Translations under genes and position numbers: made by a program
In this document: positions 58,740 to 64,000 of the stretch, in pieces
How positions within the stretch are numbered: position 1 is the first letter of the stretch
Layout of the letters: every line of letters starts with the position of its first letter
Assembly: GCA_965232515.1 (NCBI GenBank)
Contig: CBDDPY010000002.1
Coordinates: 6,880,001-6,944,000, forward strand
Reading direction: 5' to 3'
Length of the DNA: 64,000 bases
Source: Alphaproteobacteria bacterium
GTDB taxonomy: Bacteria; Pseudomonadota; Alphaproteobacteria; GCA-2731375
Notes under the pieces: generated by a model
The model's input: only the letters and a program-made list of their open reading frames with translations
What the model was told of the DNA's origin: nothing
Databases searched by the model: none

Positions 58740-59561
58740 CTAGTTGTCGTCGGTATCCTGGAGGCCCCGACCGACGAGGATGACGGCCAGCGAGGCGATG
58801 ATGAGCGCCAGGCCTGGATACAGCGCCATCCACGGCGCGATCAGCAGGTAGTCCTTGCTTTCCTGCAGGCTGGCGCCCCAATCCGGGGTCGGCGGCTGGA
58901 CGCCGAGACCCAGGAAGCCGAGAGCCGCCTGCACCTGGAGCGCGAGAGGAAACAGGATGATGTATTGGGTGGCGATGCTGGGCAGGATGTTGGGCAGTAT
59001 GTGGCGCAACAGGACGCGATCGTGTCCTGCGCCGAGCGCCTGCGCAGCCTCGATATAGGGCGTGGCGCTTTCGACCATCGTCGTCGACCGTGCGGCTCGA
59101 AAGAAAAGCGGCAGGTAGACGACCGATAGCGCTAAGACCAGATAAGCCACGTTCGAGCCCAGGATGCCGGTGACCATGACACCGAGAAAGATCGGCGGAA
59201 AACTGAGGATCACCTCGATCGACTGGCCTGAGGAGATGTCGGTCCAGCCCCTGGCATAGCCGGCCAGGGAACCAGCCAGACCGCCGACAATCGCGGAAAG
59301 AAGCAACGAGCCCGACACGATACCCAACGTGGTCCTTGCGCCGTGCACCACGCGCGCAAAGACGTCGCGCCCGACATGGTCCGTACCGAACAAGTGGTCG
59401 CCGGACGGCGCTTGCAGCGCGTTCGCCACATCGATCGCCTCGGGCGGGTGGATCGCAAACATGCCCGGCGCGGCGACCACGACCAGCAGTGCCGTAATCA
59501 TCGTCATTCCGGTCGCGAGCCCCGGTCGGGACCGGAGGCGAACAAGAGCGGTCGGGCTCAT
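58740..59561 (-). CDS. Peptide-type ABC permease (DppC-like)
   Basis: FGTDHVGRD, EAAQALGA, HILPN, PPTPDWG. Confidence 0.92.
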   Translation of the reverse strand: MSPTALVRLRSRPGLATGMTMITALLVVVAAPGMFAIHPPEAIDVANALQAPSGDHLFGTDHVGRDVFARVVHGARTTLGIVSGSLLLSAIVGGLAGSLAGYARGWTDISSGQSIEVILSFPPIFLGVMVTGILGSNVAYLVLALSVVYLPLFFRAARSTTMVESATPYIEAAQALGAGHDRVLLRHILPNILPSIATQYIILFPLALQVQAALGFLGLGVQPPTPDWGASLQESKDYLLIAPWMALYPGLALIIASLAVILVGRGLQDTDDN

Positions 59562-60499
59562 GTTCTCAACCTCGGGTCGATTGCCCGATAGAGCAGGTCG
59601 ACAACGAGATTTACGAGGGTGGCCGAGACGAGAACCGCCAGCAGTGCACCTTGGACAACCGGAAAATCCCTTGCATTCAAGGCGCTGACCAGAAGGCGGC
59701 CGAGCCCCGGCAGTCCGAAGATGGATTCGATGACGACGACGCCACCCAGAATCTGGATGAAGATCAACCCCATGAAGGTCGACAGCGGCACCAGGATGTT
59801 GCGCAGGACATGACGCAGGAGGACCCGGCGCATCGGCATGCCGCGGGCGCGGGCTGCACGCACATACTCCTGTCCCAGCGCTGCGACCACGTGTTGGCGG
59901 ACAAATTGCGCGTAGGCCGCGATCTGCAGGAAAGCCAAACTTAGTATGGGCAGCATCAGGATGATCAGGTTCTCCGTGATCGAATGTAGCGGCGAGACAT
60001 AGATTGTCGGGGGGGACCAGCCGAGGAGCTCGGATACACCGAACAGCAGCATCAGCCCGATCCAGAAGACCGGCGTCGCAAGCGCAACGACGTTGAAAGA
60101 CTGAACTGCCGTATCGAGTGCGCTGCCCGGCCAGCGGCCCACGATGAGGCCCAGCGGTATTCCGGCCAACGCTGAGAACGCCAGAACCAGAAAGGCAAGT
60201 TGCAGGGAAACCAGGAACGCCGATGCTACCAGGCCGGTGACCGGCGCGCCCAACCGCCAGGAAACACCCAGGTCACCCTGCAACACACGTCCCAGCCAAT
60301 CGAGATACTGGACATGGATCGGTTCATCCAGGCCGAAGAACCGCCTGAGAACCGCCTCGCCTTCGCTGCCGCCCAACTGTCCCATCATCTGCTCGACGAT
60401 ATCGCCGGGCACGGCGCGGACCATTGCGAACACCACGACGCTCGCAAGGAACAGCGTGACAATCGATGCCGCCAATCGGCGAAGGACGAACGGCGCCAT
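59558..60499 (-). CDS. Peptide-type ABC permease (DppB-like)
   Basis: GDLGVS, EYVRAARARG, IESIFGLPGLG. Confidence 0.92.
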   Translation of the reverse strand: MAPFVLRRLAASIVTLFLASVVVFAMVRAVPGDIVEQMMGQLGGSEGEAVLRRFFGLDEPIHVQYLDWLGRVLQGDLGVSWRLGAPVTGLVASAFLVSLQLAFLVLAFSALAGIPLGLIVGRWPGSALDTAVQSFNVVALATPVFWIGLMLLFGVSELLGWSPPTIYVSPLHSITENLIILMLPILSLAFLQIAAYAQFVRQHVVAALGQEYVRAARARGMPMRRVLLRHVLRNILVPLSTFMGLIFIQILGGVVVIESIFGLPGLGRLLVSALNARDFPVVQGALLAVLVSATLVNLVVDLLYRAIDPRLRT

Positions 60500-60509
60500 G
60501 ACAAATGCG

Positions 60510-62111
60510 TCAGACGTCCAGCCAGGTCTTCACGAGGCCGAAATGCCAGCCGATCGGATGCATGCGGTGGTTCCTGACCTTGTCGGAGACCACGATCAGA
60601 TGATCGGCACCGAACAGCATGATTGTCGGCACGCTCTCCGCGAGTCGCATCTGAAACTGATCATAGATCGACTTGCGCTGTTCATAAGTCAGCGCCGCGC
60701 GGCCCCGATCGAGCAGCGCACTGGCGACATCGTCGTTCCAGTTCCGAAAGTCAGCGCCCTCCGGCTGCTTGCGGAAATGGCGGTAGTAAAGGATGTTGGG
60801 GTCGGGTGGCGTCCCCCAATCGTTGAGCGTAAAGCCCATCTGGCGCGATCGGAAGTTGGTCAGCCAGGTGCCGAGATCGACGCGATTGATGTTTGCCCTT
60901 ATGCCGCCGGCGGCCAGTTGCTGGACCAGGGTCAACGCCGCCGGCTCCATCCATTCATAGCCAATGATCGTCGTCAGGTCGATGTCGAAGCCCTCGGGGT
61001 GACCGGCCTGGGCAAGCAGCGCTTTCGCGCCCGCCACGTCCACGGCCTGGTTCGGCAATTGCTCGATGGGAACGCCCCAACGCTCCTGCATACCCGGAAC
61101 CATGGTGCCAAGCCGCCGGCCGTAGCCCGCGATCCCAGCCTGCATGACGGCATTGCGGTCGATGAGAAGGGCGATGGCCCGTCGGACGCGCTCGTCCGTT
61201 AACGGGCCGTGGGCGCAGTCGAGATCGAGCGTCTTCTGGTTGAGGGAGATCGAACGCTGCACGGAGAGCCCCTCGGCGCCCTCCAACTGCCGTGCGTCCT
61301 GAGGCCGGACCAGTACGGCCATGTCGACACGACCGTTCTTCACCGCGACCAGCATGCCAGCGCTGTTCGGGATGAAATTCACGATGATCTCGTCGAGATA
61401 CGGCAACCCAGGCTGCCAGTAGTCGGGGTTGCGCTCCATCCGGATGAAGCTGTTCTGCCGGAACTCCGCCATGCGGAAGGGGCCGGTGCCGACGCTGGAG
61501 CTGTTCAGCAGAGCCCGGGCGTTCGGCCGATCGTACCAACCGCGCGGAATCGGTGACGCATTGCGGTGGGTCAGGGTAATGAGAAATGCCGAATTCGGCC
61601 CTTTCAGGGTCACTCTGACGACATGCGTGTCCAGAACCTCGACCTGCGCCACGTCGGCGAAATCGCGTGCGCCGATCGTGCCGTTTTCCGGATTGCGCAT
61701 ATAGTCCAGGCTGTACTTGACGTCCTCGGCTTCGAACGGCTCGCCGGTGTGAAAGGTCACCCCTTTACGCAGATTGAACGTGTAGGTCGTGGCGTCCGTC
61801 GAAATCTCCCAGCCTTCGGCGAGAAGCGGGTGAGGATTGCCCGCCGGGTCGGCATATACGAGTGTCTGGTACATCAGAACCGCAACGAAATTCACGGCCT
61901 CACCCGCCTGGTGATAGATGTCCATCGAGGGCGGTTCGATCAACGAGCCGACCGTAAGCCGACCGCCGCTCTTCGCCGCCCGGTCGGCCGCACCGTAGAG
62001 CACGGCATCGCCGGCGAATGCCTGCCGGGAAGACAATGGCGCGCCCAGCAATCCTGCAAGAGGTGCAAGCGCAACACCCTTGAGCAGTGTTCTTCTATAG
62101 ATGTCAGGCAT
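60510..62111 (-). CDS. Family 5 ABC substrate-binding protein, Tat-exported
   Basis: YRRTLLK Tat motif, LRKGVTFHTG, GTGPF. Confidence 0.92.
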   Translation of the reverse strand: MPDIYRRTLLKGVALAPLAGLLGAPLSSRQAFAGDAVLYGAADRAAKSGGRLTVGSLIEPPSMDIYHQAGEAVNFVAVLMYQTLVYADPAGNPHPLLAEGWEISTDATTYTFNLRKGVTFHTGEPFEAEDVKYSLDYMRNPENGTIGARDFADVAQVEVLDTHVVRVTLKGPNSAFLITLTHRNASPIPRGWYDRPNARALLNSSSVGTGPFRMAEFRQNSFIRMERNPDYWQPGLPYLDEIIVNFIPNSAGMLVAVKNGRVDMAVLVRPQDARQLEGAEGLSVQRSISLNQKTLDLDCAHGPLTDERVRRAIALLIDRNAVMQAGIAGYGRRLGTMVPGMQERWGVPIEQLPNQAVDVAGAKALLAQAGHPEGFDIDLTTIIGYEWMEPAALTLVQQLAAGGIRANINRVDLGTWLTNFRSRQMGFTLNDWGTPPDPNILYYRHFRKQPEGADFRNWNDDVASALLDRGRAALTYEQRKSIYDQFQMRLAESVPTIMLFGADHLIVVSDKVRNHRMHPIGWHFGLVKTWLDV

Positions 62112-63057
62112 TGGCTCCTCCGTTCAGCCCATTGGCTTGTCGAACACAGTCGGCGACGATTTCGCGTGGCGAAAAACGCGGCGCGAAACCCGTCTCGGCC
62201 GCAAGACGCTTGGACGAGACCAAAGGGTAGGCCTCGTCCGCTTCCACCTTCGAAAGGCGCACGTCCAGGTCCGGGCGCAGATGCGTCACGACATCAACGA
62301 TCTCGCCGATATCCGTCGCGCCACCGTTGACGTGGTAAAGCGCTGACAACGGCTCCGGCCTGAGGCACAGGCCGAGAAACGCCGTGGCGACGTCCTCGAC
62401 ATGGACGATGTCGAAGGACCGAGAGCCCCAGCTCAATTTCACGGGCCCGTCCGCCGGCCGATGCGCGAACAACCGCTTGAGCGGGTCCAGAACTCCCGAA
62501 TAGGGATGCCGCGGCCCCAAGACCAGGGTCGGGCGCACAGCGGCGATATCCACGCCCATCACGTCATGGGCATAGATGGAAACCCGCTCGGCCAGCGCTT
62601 TCGTCAGCCCATAGATGTTGCACGGCCGTACCGTCGCGTCCTCGTCGACGGTCACCTTGGCGTTTCCCGCCGTCCGGCCGAGCGCGACCGTCGAGCTCGA
62701 CCAGACGATCCGCCGCACGTCATGTTCCAGTGCGGCTTCGACGACGTTTCTGAGGCCGTCCACATTGACCGCGAATGCTGCGTCCCGGTCCGCCTCGGCC
62801 GATATCGCCAGACCGGTCGCAGGCCGGCTGAACGCGGCAAGAGAGACGATCGCACAGGGGCCGACGCGCCCGACCGCCTCGGACAGCGCAACCCGATCGG
62901 CAACCGATCCGGTTATGAGCTCAATGCCGTCATGCAGCGCATCGCCACCGCCCGCGAGATCAAAACCGGCAACGGCGATACCCTTACGCCGGAGGGCGGC
63001 GACGACAGCCTGTCCGAGAAACCCGCACGCACCGACGACAAGAACCCGCTGAACCAT
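62104..63057 (-). CDS. NAD-dependent epimerase/dehydratase (extended SDR)
   Basis: GACGFLG, SSS, YGLTK. Confidence 0.88.
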   Translation of the reverse strand: MVQRVLVVGACGFLGQAVVAALRRKGIAVAGFDLAGGGDALHDGIELITGSVADRVALSEAVGRVGPCAIVSLAAFSRPATGLAISAEADRDAAFAVNVDGLRNVVEAALEHDVRRIVWSSSTVALGRTAGNAKVTVDEDATVRPCNIYGLTKALAERVSIYAHDVMGVDIAAVRPTLVLGPRHPYSGVLDPLKRLFAHRPADGPVKLSWGSRSFDIVHVEDVATAFLGLCLRPEPLSALYHVNGGATDIGEIVDVVTHLRPDLDVRLSKVEADEAYPLVSSKRLAAETGFAPRFSPREIVADCVRQANGLNGGANA

Positions 63058-63066
63058 CGGCCGTCC

Positions 63067-64000
63067 CTATCCCGCCGACCGAAGCGGAAGGTCGTCGCGG
63101 ATGCAGGCCGTCGCCCGTCCGCCGCCCTTCGGTCTCAGTTTCATCGGCGCATGCCGGCAGTCGGCGATCGCGTAGGGACAGCGCGGATGGAAAACACATC
63201 CCGACGGCGGCGCGATCGGATTAGGCGGCTCCCCCTGCAGAACGATCCTGCGGCGCTTCCTGGTCCCGGGATGGCTGGGCATCGCGTCCAGAAGGGCCTC
63301 GGTATAGGGGTGGGCCGGCGCGCCAAAGACCTCGTCGCTCGCGCCGGTCTCGACCAGATGCCCCAGATAGAGGACGGCGATCCGTCCCGCGAGTTGATGA
63401 ACGACGCGTAGATCATGGCTGATGAACAGCATCGCCAGATCGGTCTTTTCCTGAAGCGCCTTCAGCAGATCGACGATCTCGGCCTGGATGGACACGTCCA
63501 GCGCCGAAACCGGTTCGTCGGCGACGATGATGCGCGGTTCGACGGAGAGCGCGCGCGCAATGGCAACGCGCTGTCGTTGTCCACCTGAAAGCGCCTTGGG
63601 ATAACGGCGGCCGAACGCGGGATCGAGCCCCACGCGTTTCAGCGACGCGGCGACTCGGTCCGGCAGCTCGGATCGCGATGCCAGCCCGTGCAGGCGCATT
63701 CCCTCGGCGATCGTCGATCCGATACGCATCTTGGGGTTCAGGCTGGCATAGGGGTCCTGGAAGACCGGCTGCATCTGCCGCCTCAGGGGACGAAGCTGCC
63801 GTACGGTGAGCCCGGTTATCGGACGCCCATCGAACGAAACCTCACCGGACGACGGCTGCAGAAGCCGGATTGCCAGCCGGCCGAGCGTCGACTTGCCCGA
63901 CCCGGATTCCCCGACAAGCCCCAAGACCTCGCCTTCGTGGAGGTCGAAGCTGGCCTCCGAAACGGCGTGCACGACGCCGCTGGCGCGGCCCAACCAGCTC
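63067..64000 (-). CDS. Peptide-type ABC ATPase (DppF-like), 5' end beyond the window
   Basis: GESGSGKST, LSGGQRQR, PPSGCVFHPRCP; the frame is open to the window edge. Confidence 0.92.
   Translation of the reverse strand, partial: SWLGRASGVVHAVSEASFDLHEGEVLGLVGESGSGKSTLGRLAIRLLQPSSGEVSFDGRPITGLTVRQLRPLRRQMQPVFQDPYASLNPKMRIGSTIAEGMRLHGLASRSELPDRVAASLKRVGLDPAFGRRYPKALSGGQRQRVAIARALSVEPRIIVADEPVSALDVSIQAEIVDLLKALQEKTDLAMLFISHDLRVVHQLAGRIAVLYLGHLVETGASDEVFGAPAHPYTEALLDAMPSHPGTRKRRRIVLQGEPPNPIAPPSGCVFHPRCPYAIADCRHAPMKLRPKGGGRATACIRDDLPLRSAG

Noticed and set aside
8853-63416. Long antisense or alternate-frame ORFs (e.g. 8853-9974, 29749-31503, 30263-31531, 40429-41667, 46863-48338)
   Set aside because: Shadow ORFs expected in high-GC coding DNA; they overlap well-supported genes and lack motifs.

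Overview
This window looks like GC-rich alphaproteobacterial DNA (inferred from the ITS motifs, the tRNA-Ile/tRNA-Ala/23S/5S/tRNA-fMet order and codon usage). Bases 1-4.9 kb are the distal part of an rRNA operon. Its 23S gene carries two intervening sequences: a ~290 nt non-coding multi-hairpin insert in helix 25, and a ~430 nt insert in helix 45 encoding a four-helix-bundle (23S rRNA IVP) protein. The most unusual signal is a 7-nt periodic repeat, (ATCAGGG)n/(CCCTGAT)n. It forms the arms of the helix-45 insert, occupies every spacer of the operon and builds the long-range precursor stems around 23S and 5S. Downstream is a mosaic accessory region: a 3' tRNA-Arg(CCT) fragment (att-like), a low-GC GNAT gene, a chimeric ORF, a LysR-sulfatase-TTT-GH3 cassette between a PEP-CTERM gene and a deleted copy of it, a zwf fragment, and a Ugp-like ABC/phosphodiesterase/ROK/SIS/G1PDH-like cluster. 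A ~24 kb sulfur/amide catabolic cluster follows (SseA, MetC, BisC-like Mo enzyme, two PuuE-like hydrolases, three amidases of which two have small partner ORFs, peptide-type ABC), then an IS6 with a nonsense mutation and a second peptide-type ABC cluster cut by the window edge. All protein calls come from motif recognition by eye; no database searches were run.
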